Notes: a model not told the origin generated them from the letters alone. A stretch of DNA of 64,000 nt from Rhodospirillales bacterium (GCA_038143065.1 JAYQLI010000035.1:128001-192000), one strand, 5' to 3'; shown: positions 11,411 through 22,578, numbered from the stretch's first letter. Program-made: numbers and translations.

Positions 11411-13226
11411 TTACCGAGGATATAGGGATTCCAGCTGTTCTTTATAAAGATCTGTGATGAAACGCCTTCGGATCTTCATAGTTGGAGTTAAAAGGCCATT
11501 TTCGATAGTGAATGCTTCATTCACCAAAATGAAGCGTCGAATGCGTTCTATCGGCGATAATTGCATATTGGCCTCATCAACTGCCTCTGAAATTACTTGC
11601 CGGAATTTGTCATTAGCTAACAAAATATCTCGACTAACACCGTTAGATGCTGCCCACAGTTCTGCAAAATCCTTTGCTGGGTTAATCAAAGCAACTAAGT
11701 GCGGTTTCTTATCTCCAAAGACCATGGCTTGATCGATCGCTTCATGAAGAGTCAACACACCTTCAACACGCTGGGGGGAGATGTTATCTCCGCCTGCATT
11801 CACAATCAGATCCTTCTTCCGATCAGTGATTTTCAGGCGTTCTAGCTCGTCAAATTCCCCAATGTCTCCTGTATATAGCCAACCATCTTTGATAGTTTCT
11901 GCTGTTTCGGCCGGCCGGTTCCAGTAGCCATCCATTAGCAGGTCGCCTGCTACTAGTATTTCTCCATCTGACGCTAATTTTAATTCAACCCCCAAAAGCT
12001 TTGGTCCAACCGTTTCCAGATTTAATGTGCCTGGCCTATTGCAGGAAATAACGGGCGCGGCTTCTGTCTGACCATAACCTTGCAATAAACGAAGGCCTAA
12101 GCCCGCAAAAAATATGCCGACATCATAATTTAATGGCGCACCACCAGAAATTAACGCTTTCAATTGTCCACCGAAACGCCCTTGGACCTTTTTCCGGACA
12201 AACTTGTTTAGAAAAAGTTCTCTATTTTCTCCAGGATGCTTAGAGGTGAATTTTCAACTTTTTTCGGCCTAGTTGTACTGCTCGTTGGAATAGCTTTTGT
12301 TTGAGTTTGGACTCTTTTTTTAGACCTTGCAGGATACGTGCATGAAGACTTTCATATAGTCTTGGAACTGCAGTCATGATTGTTGGTTTTGCTTCCAAAA
12401 GATTGGCAGCCAAGTTTGTCTAATCCTTCAGCATAGTAAATTTGGCAGCCGGCAGACAATGGGAAGAATTGGCCGCAGGTTCGTTCATAGGCATGCGACA
12501 GGGGCAGAAAACTCAGAAAACTTTCATTCTGCAGATCATCTATCTCATCGAGGTCAAACACCAAATCAAGAGCGCTCTTGCAGTTTGCTAAAATTGCCCG
12601 ATGAGACAACATCACCCCCTTAGGAGACCCTCCAGTTCCTGAGGTATAAATAAGACTTGATAAGTCGCTGCGACGAATGCTGTTGAGAGTAGAAGGGGGA
12701 TCTGTGTTCTCGTTATGACGTGCGCAAATTTCAGCTAACAATTGTGCATCCTGGTTGTTACTGTCGAATGCAATAGTAAATCGAACTTGGTCTGATACAG
12801 CTGCTGCTGCTAGGGCCTGCTCAGCCACTTTTCCGCCTGATGTGATTAAGCCAACAGCTCCAGAGTCCGTGATTATATGAGTATGGTCTTTTTCGGTATT
12901 CGTAGCGTAGGCCGGTACTGAAACACCCCCCGCAAGAGCATTATTGCAATATCCGAGATCAACCATTCAGGGCGGTTTTCAGATGCTAAAACAACACGTT
13001 CACCGGGTTTAAGGCCAGCTGAAATCAGCCCATGAGATAGAGATAGGACTAGCTCACGAATTTGAGCATGGGTAAGTTGTTCGTATTCTCTTTTTCCATC
13101 GGGCTTCCACCACAAAAACGGTTTGTTTCCGCCTTTTAAAAGCATGTCCATTGCCATTGCTGGTATGCTTGACCAACTATCGTATCGAGAGAGGAGATGC
13201 GTCTTTTCGGCAGAGGGGATTCCCAT
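11411..13226 (-). CDS. Long-chain acyl-CoA synthetase (AMP-binding; split by several indels)
   Basis: SENRPEW, YTSGTGGSPKG, FLPLSHAYER, QGYGQTE, TGDIG, DRKKDLI distributed over three ORFs. Confidence 0.85.
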
Positions 13227-13375
13227 ATCAGGTTTCCTCAATAAACATTCTGTTAAACACTTTCCTGAACCATGTTAGCACAGGATATTATTTTCATTTG
13301 CATTTTCTCTATGGTGTTGTCCTGCCTATATATTAGAGTATTGAGATGTTCCCGTGTGTCTATCGTGCGATTTCA

Positions 13376-13783
13376 ATGAAAATTTTAATTAAAAGCCTCT
13401 TGTTGGTGATGGCTACCACTCTAGCCAGCACAACATTTGCAGGATCATTGGATGGTCCAGAAATCGCTGATTTCCGAGTTTGGCGATCTACCCGATGCTA
13501 TAAGCCACTACCGCCCCCGTTAGAGGTCTCAGATGCCCGTTCTTACAACCTGACTGTTGACGCATTTAATAAGTATTTTGGCCAAATGAAAACTTTCATG
13601 GAATGCGTGGGTTCAGAAGGTAATCAGGATTATGAAGCTATGAGAGAAGTTTTAGAAAATGGAATGGGGCAATCTCGGGCTGAGGCACTTCAAGACCTTG
13701 AACGCATACGTGCTGCTATAGAAGCTTACCGGGCAAAATATTTCACCCAGGAAAAGGGGCCTTTAGTAGAACCCCAGCGATGA
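13376..13783 (+). CDS. Secreted hypothetical protein
   Basis: Signal-peptide-like MKILIKSLLLVMATTLASTTFA, two Cys, helical C-terminus. Confidence 0.6.
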   Translation: MKILIKSLLLVMATTLASTTFAGSLDGPEIADFRVWRSTRCYKPLPPPLEVSDARSYNLTVDAFNKYFGQMKTFMECVGSEGNQDYEAMREVLENGMGQSRAEALQDLERIRAAIEAYRAKYFTQEKGPLVEPQR

Positions 13784-13842
13784 ACTTGCACCTAAGATAG
13801 CAACAGCGCACACTCAGACTTACACGTAACCATGGAATTCCA

Positions 13843-14805
13843 ATGATCCCTGAGCTTTCCACAAAATTTTCAGATGTTGACACGATTACCAAAGGCTTTG
13901 CCGATCTTGGGTATATTTGTTCCAAGTCAATTGCGACAGCGCTATACATCGCGGGTAACTTAGGTAAACCCTTGTTGGTTGAAGGGCCTGCAGGTGTCGG
14001 TAAAACTGAACTTGCTAATACTATGGCTACTTTCGCTGACCTCCCAATGATCCGGTTGCAGTGTTATGAAGGGCTGGATGAAGCAAAAGCACTGTATGAA
14101 TGGCGCTACGCTAAACAGCTTCTTTATACACAAATTCTTCGGGACAAAATTGGAGAGGTTTTAGGCGATGCAAAAACGCTCCAAGCCTCTATGGACAGGC
14201 TGCATAATCATGCAGATCTATTTTTTTCCGAAGAGTTTGTTGCTCCCCGGCCCCTCTTAAAAGCCCTTCGTGAAGAAAATGGGTGTGTTCTTCTGATTGA
14301 TGAGATTGATAAGTCTGATCATGAATTTGAAGCTTTTTTGCTAGAAATATTATCTGAATTTCAGGTATCGATCCCCGAGCTGGGGACTATTAAAGCCAAG
14401 AAACGGCCTATTGTTTTTCTAACCTCTAATAACACTCGAGAGCTATCCGACGCTTTAAAACGTCGCTGCCTTCACCTTTATGTGCCGTTTCCTGATGCTG
14501 CTCTGGAGAGAAATATTCTCAAGGCCAGAGTGCCAGAAATTACGGAACATTTGATGCGCCAACTAGTTTCTTTTGTTCAAGGGGTCAGGGAACTTGATTT
14601 GAAAAAGCACCCTAGTGTCTCGGAAACTATCGACTGGGCGAAGGCACTCATGTTGCTCAATGCCTCTGAGCTTGATGGTGACTTAGTGCGTGAAACATTA
14701 AATGTCATTTTGAAGTTTGAGGAAGACATCGCAGCTGTAGATCGCCAGGTCTTAGATCTCGTTAGGCAGGCAGAGAAGGCAGCACCCGTTGCAATGGATA
14801 AATAG
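13843..14805 (+). CDS. MoxR AAA+ ATPase (CoxD-like)
   Basis: EGPAGVGKT, RLQCYEGLD, LLIDEIDK, LSDALKRRC. Confidence 0.9.
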   Translation: MIPELSTKFSDVDTITKGFADLGYICSKSIATALYIAGNLGKPLLVEGPAGVGKTELANTMATFADLPMIRLQCYEGLDEAKALYEWRYAKQLLYTQILRDKIGEVLGDAKTLQASMDRLHNHADLFFSEEFVAPRPLLKALREENGCVLLIDEIDKSDHEFEAFLLEILSEFQVSIPELGTIKAKKRPIVFLTSNNTRELSDALKRRCLHLYVPFPDAALERNILKARVPEITEHLMRQLVSFVQGVRELDLKKHPSVSETIDWAKALMLLNASELDGDLVRETLNVILKFEEDIAAVDRQVLDLVRQAEKAAPVAMDK

Positions 14806-14813
14806 GCAGTCAG

Positions 14814-16208
14814 ATGCCTGGAGAGATTGACCGGACCCTCGTTAACTTTTTGCGTGCTGTAAGGGGGGCAGACGTTCGTGTGTCTGTTGCAGAAACTCTT
14901 GACGCGGTAGAGGTAGCCAAATTTATTGGCTGGGAGGACCGAGCTTCGTTAAAACAAGGTCTCGGTCTTGCGCTGGCTAAAACAGTTGAGGAAAAAGCTC
15001 GGTTCGATACGACCTTTGATGCTTTTTTCTCAGCGGTCGCTGATACCTTTGGGGGTGAAGCGGAACTTGATGAAGATATCGATAAAAATTTCTCACAGGA
15101 TGTAAGTGATAGTCTGTCCCAACTGCTTCTTGATGGTGATAGAGCGGAGTTGATTGCCGCTCTGGAAGAGGCTGCTGCAGCTGTAAATTTGTACGAAATT
15201 AAGTTTTTCACCCAACGTGGTCTCTATACACAGCGTATCTTGCGCGAAATGGGTGTGGAGGGACTGGATGCAGCAATTCGTGAGGCTCAGCAAGGCGGTG
15301 GAGCTGGTGATGGTCAGGGAAATGGCCAAGGCACTGGACAGCAGGCAGGTGTTGCAGGTGAACTTGAGGCTGCTCGGGCCAAATTATTTGAGGCCACACG
15401 GGATCTCGTTGAGAGACGTCTTTCAATTTATGGGGCAGAGACTAGCCGAGACTTGAGGGAAGGAAGACTAAGGCGCTCGAAGCTTGGTAATTTGGATCGT
15501 CGCGATCAGGAAGAAATGCGTCGGCTTGTAGCTCGTATAGCCAAGCGTTTGGCTGCTCTTCACTCGCGTAAGCCAAAGCGCAGAAACCGGGGAATGCTGG
15601 ATCTGCGGCGAACTATGCGCAGAAATTATGCGAATGATGGGATTATGTTTGACCTAGAATGGAAACGTAAAAAAGTAGCAAAGCCTAAGGTGATGGCTAT
15701 TTGTGATGTTTCTGGTTCTGTCGCTGCAGTGGCGCGCTTCCTTCTCCAGTTTCTGTATGCACTTCATGATATTTTAAATGATGTTCGCAGCTTCGCTTTT
15801 TCTGGAAAGTTAATAGAAACATCAGAATTTTTTAAGCATCATGATGTTGAAACGGCTGTTGACCATGTCATGAGTTCAGTTGGTTATATGTCAACAGATT
15901 ATGGTAAAAGCTTAGAAGACTTTCGTGAGGGATGGCTCGAGGACGTCGATAAGCGAACTACTATTGTCATTCTTGGCGATGGAAGATCAAATAATACTGA
16001 GCCTAGATCTGATATTCTCAAAGAATTGTCGGAACGTTCTAAACGTTTGCTTTGGTTGAATCCTGAACCGCCGCCTCTTTGGGGGACGGGCGATAGCGAA
16101 ATATATCGCTATAAGCCATACTGTAATTTGATGCGTGAAGTGAATAGTCTCAGCCATTTAGAAAGAATAGTTAATGATTTGGTTAAGGTTGTTAAGGCGT
16201 CTAGTTAA
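14814..16208 (+). CDS. vWA-domain protein (CoxE-like)
   Basis: MIDAS CDVSGS, TDYG, ILGDGRSN, LWLNPE; directly downstream of MoxR. Confidence 0.88.
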   Translation: MPGEIDRTLVNFLRAVRGADVRVSVAETLDAVEVAKFIGWEDRASLKQGLGLALAKTVEEKARFDTTFDAFFSAVADTFGGEAELDEDIDKNFSQDVSDSLSQLLLDGDRAELIAALEEAAAAVNLYEIKFFTQRGLYTQRILREMGVEGLDAAIREAQQGGGAGDGQGNGQGTGQQAGVAGELEAARAKLFEATRDLVERRLSIYGAETSRDLREGRLRRSKLGNLDRRDQEEMRRLVARIAKRLAALHSRKPKRRNRGMLDLRRTMRRNYANDGIMFDLEWKRKKVAKPKVMAICDVSGSVAAVARFLLQFLYALHDILNDVRSFAFSGKLIETSEFFKHHDVETAVDHVMSSVGYMSTDYGKSLEDFREGWLEDVDKRTTIVILGDGRSNNTEPRSDILKELSERSKRLLWLNPEPPPLWGTGDSEIYRYKPYCNLMREVNSLSHLERIVNDLVKVVKASS

Positions 16209-16344
16209 GCCTCTCGTTGCAACTTTCCTTCCATTGGCTCCATCATCGTAACTGACAGATTTGACTGATTTCACCCTTTTTTCTCAGCATGCCCGCGCTA
16301 ATTAGCTAAAAAGGAAAGACTTTGGTGCGAGCAAGGAGAAAATA

Positions 16345-16560
16345 ATGATTGTATCTCAGGAAGCTCGTATCACAATGATTAGGGCAGAACTGGCTGCCTC
16401 CATAAAGTTGAATAAACCTACTGTCGAATGTGTAGACCTACTGATCGATCTTCGCGAAGCTCTATGGGATTACGAAGATGAAACTGGAAAAAATCACGAG
16501 GTCGAAAGTGAATTCCATATGCTTGAGGAAGCGATCTTTCCCGAAGCGTCGGTAAAGTAA
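16345..16560 (+). CDS. Small acidic hypothetical protein
   Basis: Strong RBS AAGGAG upstream, 71 codons, fills intergenic gap. Confidence 0.6.
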   Translation: MIVSQEARITMIRAELAASIKLNKPTVECVDLLIDLREALWDYEDETGKNHEVESEFHMLEEAIFPEASVK

Positions 16561-16640
16561 TAGTGGTTCTCTTATCCGTTGAGATTAAAGATCCAATATG
16601 GTTTCTCAGGACATGGATAGAGATTTAGGAAGATAAACCT

Positions 16641-16928
16641 ATGGCTAAGACCGTTGTTCTTGTCGCTTTTGAGGTGAAAGCAGACAAAATGGAGTGCTTC
16701 CTAGAGATAATCCACGAGCATGCTTTTGGTACTTTGGCAGACGAGCCTGGATGCGAGCGTTTTGACGTTATGACAGCAAGAGATGGGACCAACGCGGTAC
16801 ACCTACACGAGGTATATGTGGATGATGAAGCATACGAGTTTCATGCTCGGTCTTCACGCTTGGTAAATGTTCGTGAACGTTACAAAGACCTAATTGTTGG
16901 GCGGACGATAACAATCTGTAACCTTTAA
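16641..16928 (+). CDS. Antibiotic-biosynthesis-monooxygenase / LsrG-like protein
   Basis: EPGCERFDV, LHEVY.D..AY..H pattern. Confidence 0.8.
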   Translation: MAKTVVLVAFEVKADKMECFLEIIHEHAFGTLADEPGCERFDVMTARDGTNAVHLHEVYVDDEAYEFHARSSRLVNVRERYKDLIVGRTITICNL

Positions 16929-16979
16929 GAACTATGCCTATAAATGATGTCTAGATTTTCCAGAGATCTTTGCACTGGT

Positions 16980-17477
16980 TCATATCCAATCTGGGTTTGG
17001 TGCTAACCGTCCTGGTTTTATAGGTGGACGAGCCGGGTCTAGGTCGTCCATACGTAGTCTAGCCAGTCTCATGACATCGATTAGCCAAACACCTTCTCTT
17101 AAAACGTACTTTTCCTCATAAAAACCCCAGCCTACCCATCCGCGAGCACCGTATGGACTGGGTGCATCAGGGGGAAATTCCACGTAGTCCATCATCGCCC
17201 AGGAGCCGCGAGCTCTTTCTTGATCAACCATAATAATTTCAGGCTGATGTACATGGTGTATGGAAACTGCATTGGCCAAATTACTCGCAATTCCGTCAAC
17301 AAAACCTCTCGGTGAGATGCCATCAGGGACAGCTCCAAACCCTGATAGCTTGGCGTCTGGAGTAAATAATTGCTTCAGGCGATCCCAAGCTTTTAGATCT
17401 ACGAACCTGCAATAGCGTGACTTTAAATCTTGTATTTCCGCTATAGCCACTAAATTGGCTGGGTTAATCGAGCTCAA
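16980..17477 (-). CDS. SnoaL-like / NTF2 family dehydratase-like protein
   Basis: IQDLKSRYCRFVD..W, SIHHVHQPEI, ARGSWAM, YEEKY. Confidence 0.8.
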   Translation of the reverse strand: MSSINPANLVAIAEIQDLKSRYCRFVDLKAWDRLKQLFTPDAKLSGFGAVPDGISPRGFVDGIASNLANAVSIHHVHQPEIIMVDQERARGSWAMMDYVEFPPDAPSPYGARGWVGWGFYEEKYVLREGVWLIDVMRLARLRMDDLDPARPPIKPGRLAPNPDWI

Positions 17478-17521
17478 AAGATAAAACTCCTGTTCAAATT
17501 CTTTTTCGACCTTGCGATTAA

Positions 17522-18733
17522 TTACGCAACGATACCTGCGCCTTTAAGGTCCAATATTTCTTGCTTTGTTAATCCAACCTCACTCAGGATTGCATCTGTA
17601 TGTTCTCCAAGTTTTGGGGCAGGAGTCCTTATTGCGCCAGGAGTTTTTGATAATCTTGGAACTATATTGTGCATGGGTAAGTAGCCATCAGGAGCATCAT
17701 TATCTGTAATATTAACGATTGCCTCGCGCCCTAAAATATGAGGATCTTCTCGGAGTTGTCCTGCATCATAAACGGGTCCTGCCGTAACCTCTGTTTCTTC
17801 AAAGAATTTTAGGTTTTCTGCCAATGTTCGCTCTCCAACCCAGGTTTGAACAACACCATCGACTTCATCGGCATGTGCTACTCTGGCGGCATTTGTAGAG
17901 TATCGAGGGTCATCGCACATATCTCCGCGTCCAATGGCACGAAAGAGACGCATTGCCATTGCTTGCATTGAACCGGAAATGGCCAACCAGTGGCCATCTT
18001 TGGTTTTGTAGGTGTTCCGTGGACTCGCGGTCATGGACCGGTTCCCAGACCTCATAGGTGCTTTTCCCGTCACGTGATGAATGGCTGCGTCTCCGCCAAG
18101 AATTGATACCAAAGGTTCGAGCAGGGACAGGTCAATAATCTGCCCGTTTCCACCTTTAGTTTCTACTTCTCGAAGTGCTGTCATGCAGGCAAAAGCGCCA
18201 TAAAGACCAGCTACCATATCGGCCAGCGCCATGTTTGGTAGTGAAGGTGGCCTGTCTGCTGAACCAGTCTTCATGGCAAAGCCACTCATCCCTTCTATGA
18301 GGGTGCCAAAACCTGGTTTATGGCTGTAGGGGCCCGTCTGACCAAATCCAGTAACTCGTAAAATGATCAAATTTGGATTGCGAGCCCATAACGTCTCAGG
18401 CGCCAGGCCCATTTTCTCGAGGCCACCAGTACGAAAATTTTCTACAAAAACCTGAGCGCCTTCGACCATGTCCAGAAGGATAGCTTTAGCCTTTTCTTCT
18501 CTAAGGTTCAAAACAATGCTTTTTTTATTTCGCGCATATATTTTCCATTGAACGCTAATGCCATCCGCTCCCCAGTCACGCAGAGGATCGCCTTTTCCTG
18601 GCGGTTCGACTTTTATGACCTCGGCACCATTATCTGCTAGCACATGCGTCGTCATATTGCCGGCCACAAGCCGCGAAAGATCGAGAACACGCACGCCGTC
18701 TAGTGGGCACTCAGCAGTTGGTTTGTATTCCAT
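17522..18733 (-). CDS. Class III CoA-transferase (CaiB/BaiF)
   Basis: PLDGVRVLDLS, GAEVIKVE, RNKKS, ENFR, DMVAG; ATG at 18733 with AGGAG RBS. Confidence 0.92.
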   Translation of the reverse strand: MEYKPTAECPLDGVRVLDLSRLVAGNMTTHVLADNGAEVIKVEPPGKGDPLRDWGADGISVQWKIYARNKKSIVLNLREEKAKAILLDMVEGAQVFVENFRTGGLEKMGLAPETLWARNPNLIILRVTGFGQTGPYSHKPGFGTLIEGMSGFAMKTGSADRPPSLPNMALADMVAGLYGAFACMTALREVETKGGNGQIIDLSLLEPLVSILGGDAAIHHVTGKAPMRSGNRSMTASPRNTYKTKDGHWLAISGSMQAMAMRLFRAIGRGDMCDDPRYSTNAARVAHADEVDGVVQTWVGERTLAENLKFFEETEVTAGPVYDAGQLREDPHILGREAIVNITDNDAPDGYLPMHNIVPRLSKTPGAIRTPAPKLGEHTDAILSEVGLTKQEILDLKGAGIVA

Positions 18734-18826
18734 CAACAGTCTCCTTGTTGAACAGTATATGCCCTGGATTGAGAATGCGGGAACGGCGTTTATGCTTCGC
18801 ATTGAATTTGGGCGGGAGATAATCAA

Positions 18827-20320
18827 ATGGCACGTATAGCTGTTGCCAGTTTTAGACACGAGACCAATACTTTCGCGCCACATAAAGCAACAATGCAAGA
18901 TTTTGAGACTGGATATAGTTGGCCATCTTTAGTCAGGGGTGAAGAGATGCCCGCAGCAGTGAAGGGCTTTAATCTTGCAATTTCTGGCTTCATTGAAACT
19001 GCTTCTGCTCAAGGTCATGAAATTTTACCTCTGCTTTTCGCTTCGGCAGCTCCATCAGCTGAAGTCACTGAAGATGCTTATGAGACCATTGTTGCAATGC
19101 TTTTCGAAGAGTTAGCAGGTGTAGGCGATTTTGATGCGCTGTATTTGGCTCTTCATGGAGCTATGGTGGCAGAGCACATTGAGGATGGTGAAGGAGAGCT
19201 GTTAGGTCGTCTTCGCCAGAAATTTGGCCCTAATTTACCAATCGTTGTAACTCTTGATTATCACGCCAACATGAGCCCAGCGGCATTGGAGTTTGCAACT
19301 GCCATCACCGGGTATCGCACATATCCGCATGCCGATATGGCAGGAACTGGCAGTCGCATGGCTCAATGGCTAGATGTGCACCTCAGCAATGGTGCAGTTA
19401 AGCCCGAGGCGTCGCTTCGCCAAATACCATTTCTAATTCCACTGTTTGCAGGTTGTACTATGCGCCAGCCTGCGTCCGATGTGGTTGCCGCTGTTGCTGC
19501 GGTTGAAGCTGAAACCAATGTATTGCTTTCATTTGCAGGCGGCTTTCCAGCTGCTGATATTCTTGATTGTGCCCCGAGTGTTTATGGTTACGGTCCATCC
19601 GCGTCTGATGCGGTGAATCGCATTGCAGATATGGTTGAGGCTTTAGAGCCAACTTGGGGGGGGGATATACTTACGCCAGAAGCAGCTGTTTCGAAGGCTA
19701 TAAAACTTTCAAAAGGAGCTTGTAGGCCCATAGTTCTAGCCGATATCCAAGATAACCCTGGAGCCGGCGGCACCGGTGATACCATGGGTTTGATTCGCGC
19801 AATGCTAGATGCTGGTGTATCTGGTTCAGCAGCTGGACTAGTTTATGACCCCCACGTAGCCACGATCGCGTTGAAGGCCGGAGAAGGGGCAGAAATTGCG
19901 GTTGCCCTAGGCGGAAAGCATGGAGTTGCTGGTGACAATCCCCTAGCCGGCCAATTCAAGGTTATTGTTGCTTCGGATGGGCAAATGATTGGATCCGGTC
20001 CTCTTTATAAAGGCGCGCGGATGGATCTCTCCCCAGCTGCACGTCTTCGCATTGGTGGTTTGGATATCATCGTTATTGGCAAGAGGGTGCAAGCTGCTGA
20101 TCAAGAAAGTTTTCGTCATTTTGGTATCGAACCAGCAGAAACAAAACTGTTGGCGCTTAAAAGTTCCGCGCATTTCCGTGGGCATTTCCAGCCCATAGCT
20201 GAAGCTGTGATCGATGTTGTGGCACCAGGTGCAATGTCAGCGAACCCGGCGAATTTAAAATTTACCAAGTTGCGTCCTGGTGTAAAATTAAGCCCTGCCG
20301 GCGCTCAGATTGGGAGTTAA
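18827..20320 (+). CDS. MlrC-like M81 metallopeptidase
   Basis: HETNTF, LHGAMV, DYHAN, YRTYPH, DNPGAG, KSSAHFR. Confidence 0.9.
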   Translation: MARIAVASFRHETNTFAPHKATMQDFETGYSWPSLVRGEEMPAAVKGFNLAISGFIETASAQGHEILPLLFASAAPSAEVTEDAYETIVAMLFEELAGVGDFDALYLALHGAMVAEHIEDGEGELLGRLRQKFGPNLPIVVTLDYHANMSPAALEFATAITGYRTYPHADMAGTGSRMAQWLDVHLSNGAVKPEASLRQIPFLIPLFAGCTMRQPASDVVAAVAAVEAETNVLLSFAGGFPAADILDCAPSVYGYGPSASDAVNRIADMVEALEPTWGGDILTPEAAVSKAIKLSKGACRPIVLADIQDNPGAGGTGDTMGLIRAMLDAGVSGSAAGLVYDPHVATIALKAGEGAEIAVALGGKHGVAGDNPLAGQFKVIVASDGQMIGSGPLYKGARMDLSPAARLRIGGLDIIVIGKRVQAADQESFRHFGIEPAETKLLALKSSAHFRGHFQPIAEAVIDVVAPGAMSANPANLKFTKLRPGVKLSPAGAQIGS

Positions 20321-20324
20321 TTTG

Positions 20325-21206
20325 TTGATTAATAAAATTCAAACCATTCTTGTTGCCGGTTATGGCGTTATGGGCAAAGGCGTTGCTGCCTCTTTTCATG
20401 CTGGCGGCTTTGACGTCACTATCCTTACGAGAGATCCCGCGAAGGCTTTGGCTGATGCGCCAACGGGAGTTAAAGCAGTATCGTCATTACCAGATGAACC
20501 GCCAGACTATATTTCTGAAAACTACCCAGAAGAAATTGCGCCAAAGCAGGACTTATTTGCAGCTATCGAAGCCAAATGGGGAGGTGCAAGCATTATTGCA
20601 TCTAATACCTCTGGTCTTGACTTAGAAGAGTTAGCAGCACCGTTGCAGCACAAAGATATGTTTATGGGTGTTCATTATTTACAACCTGCTGATGCGTTTG
20701 CATGTGTGGAAGCTATTCGGATTTCGGCTACATCCGATGAAACAAAAGATAGAGTAGTTGATGCTTTAAAGCGGACTGATAAAGAAGTGGTCCTCCTTAA
20801 TCGACCCATTATAGGAGCTTTATTTAATCGTTTGCAGCATGCGATGCTGCATGAAGCTTATTGGATGATAGAGCAGGGGCTTTGCTCAGTTGAAGACGTC
20901 GACAAATTTGCCAGGCTCGCCATGGGGCCGCGCATGTGTGCTGGGGGCCTTATTGAAGTAAAGGACCTTGGAGGACTAGTAGTTCATGCTGCCTCGCAGT
21001 CTGAAATCATCCCTAAGCTTACCTTAAGTAAAGAGCCAGCACCTTTTGTCCAAAATTTACCGAAACAGGGTTTCACCGGGGCTGACGCCGGAAGAGGTTT
21101 TTACAACTGGCATGGAAAAGATGTTGAAAAGCGGCGCCGCGAGGTCAAAGAGATGACCCGTAAGATTTTAGACATTGTTGAACCAGAGGCTAGGGCGCGT
21201 GACTGA
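20325..21206 (+). CDS. 3-hydroxyacyl-CoA dehydrogenase family protein
   Basis: GYGVMG Rossmann motif, ASNTSG, GVHYLQP, FNRLQHA. Confidence 0.85.
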   Translation: MINKIQTILVAGYGVMGKGVAASFHAGGFDVTILTRDPAKALADAPTGVKAVSSLPDEPPDYISENYPEEIAPKQDLFAAIEAKWGGASIIASNTSGLDLEELAAPLQHKDMFMGVHYLQPADAFACVEAIRISATSDETKDRVVDALKRTDKEVVLLNRPIIGALFNRLQHAMLHEAYWMIEQGLCSVEDVDKFARLAMGPRMCAGGLIEVKDLGGLVVHAASQSEIIPKLTLSKEPAPFVQNLPKQGFTGADAGRGFYNWHGKDVEKRRREVKEMTRKILDIVEPEARARD

Positions 21207-22578
21207 TCGTTCAGCAGCTATCTCTCGCGCCATAGACGGCTTCGATAATGGCGAATTTTTCAGTGTGCTTAACAGGCGGGTGCAAATTCAAAGCACTAGC
21301 CAAGAACCGTCGCGGGCTTCCGAATTGGATAGATACCTTTTTGAGGAAATTGGTCCCAGTCTCGAGGCCGATCTGGGAGTTGTTTGGGAGGTTCACCCAA
21401 ATCCCCTCGATGCTGGCCCAATTCTGATCGGAGAACGCCATGAGGGGGCAGATTTGCCCACTATCCTTTTGTATGGCCATGGTGACACGGTTCGCGGGCA
21501 AGAGGAATTTTGGAGCGCTGGCCTCGTTCCTTGGAAAATAATCGTCGAAGGTGAGCGCTGGTACGGGCGCGGTACAGCAGATAATAAGGGTCAACACACT
21601 ACTAATTTTGAGGCCTTAAAGGCTGTTTTAGCGGAGCGGGGAGAGCTTGGGTTCAACCTTCGCCTCCTTATCGAAACAGGGGAGGAAATGGGCTCCAAAG
21701 GTTTGCGAGAGTTTGCTCAAGCAAACAAGGAACGTCTCAAAGCGGACGTTCTCATTGCTTCTGATGGTCCTCGCGTACAGGCCGAACGGCCAACCGTATT
21801 TCTTGGTAGTAGAGGTAATTTAAATTTTACGCTTTCTATAAATGCGCGCGATGGTGCACATCACTCTGGAAACTGGGGTGGCTTAATCTCTAATCCCGCC
21901 GTACAGCTAGTGAACGCGATTTCCACTTTGGTTGATGGACGAGGTCAGCTTTTAGTTGAAGGATTGAAGCCGCCCCCAATATCTAACGCTGTCCGAGCAG
22001 CTTTGGCCGATTTAAATGTAGATGGCGGTCCAGATGCTCCAGCGATTGACGGAGATTGGGGCGCTAAAGACCTGACACCAAATGAACGTGTTTTTGCTTG
22101 GAATACTTTAGAAATTCTTGCGATGGAGACCGGAAATCCATCTGCACCGGTCAATGCAATTCCAGGAAATGCGTTTGCTGTATGTCAGATACGTTTCGTT
22201 GCTGGCTCAGATCATGAGGGCTTCTTGGAAGCAATCCGTGACCACTTAAAACTTAATGGCTATGCCATGGTTAATGTTGAACCTTCCCGAGGGGCAATGT
22301 TGGCAACTAGGACAGAATTAGATGAGCCTTGGGTAGGACGCACTGTTAATTCATTCGAGAAAACCTCTGGTAACAGGCCAGCTATTCTTCCTAGTTTAGG
22401 TGGTTCTATACCAAATGATGTTTTTACAGATATTTTAGGCATGCCGACTGTTTGGGTCCCTCATTCATATTCGGGATGTCAGCAACATGCTCCGGATGAG
22501 CATGCATTGGCTCCAATCTTAAGAGAGGGATTAGGTCTAATGACGGGGCTCTTCTGGGATATTGGCGCTAAAACATAG
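21199..22578 (+). CDS. M20 family metallopeptidase/amidohydrolase
   Basis: YGHGD, GRGTADNKG, ETGEE, QQHAPDE. Confidence 0.9.
   Translation: MTDRSAAISRAIDGFDNGEFFSVLNRRVQIQSTSQEPSRASELDRYLFEEIGPSLEADLGVVWEVHPNPLDAGPILIGERHEGADLPTILLYGHGDTVRGQEEFWSAGLVPWKIIVEGERWYGRGTADNKGQHTTNFEALKAVLAERGELGFNLRLLIETGEEMGSKGLREFAQANKERLKADVLIASDGPRVQAERPTVFLGSRGNLNFTLSINARDGAHHSGNWGGLISNPAVQLVNAISTLVDGRGQLLVEGLKPPPISNAVRAALADLNVDGGPDAPAIDGDWGAKDLTPNERVFAWNTLEILAMETGNPSAPVNAIPGNAFAVCQIRFVAGSDHEGFLEAIRDHLKLNGYAMVNVEPSRGAMLATRTELDEPWVGRTVNSFEKTSGNRPAILPSLGGSIPNDVFTDILGMPTVWVPHSYSGCQQHAPDEHALAPILREGLGLMTGLFWDIGAKT

Noticed and set aside
15285-15365. Gly/Gln-rich repeat in the vWA gene
   Set aside because: Ordinary low-complexity linker
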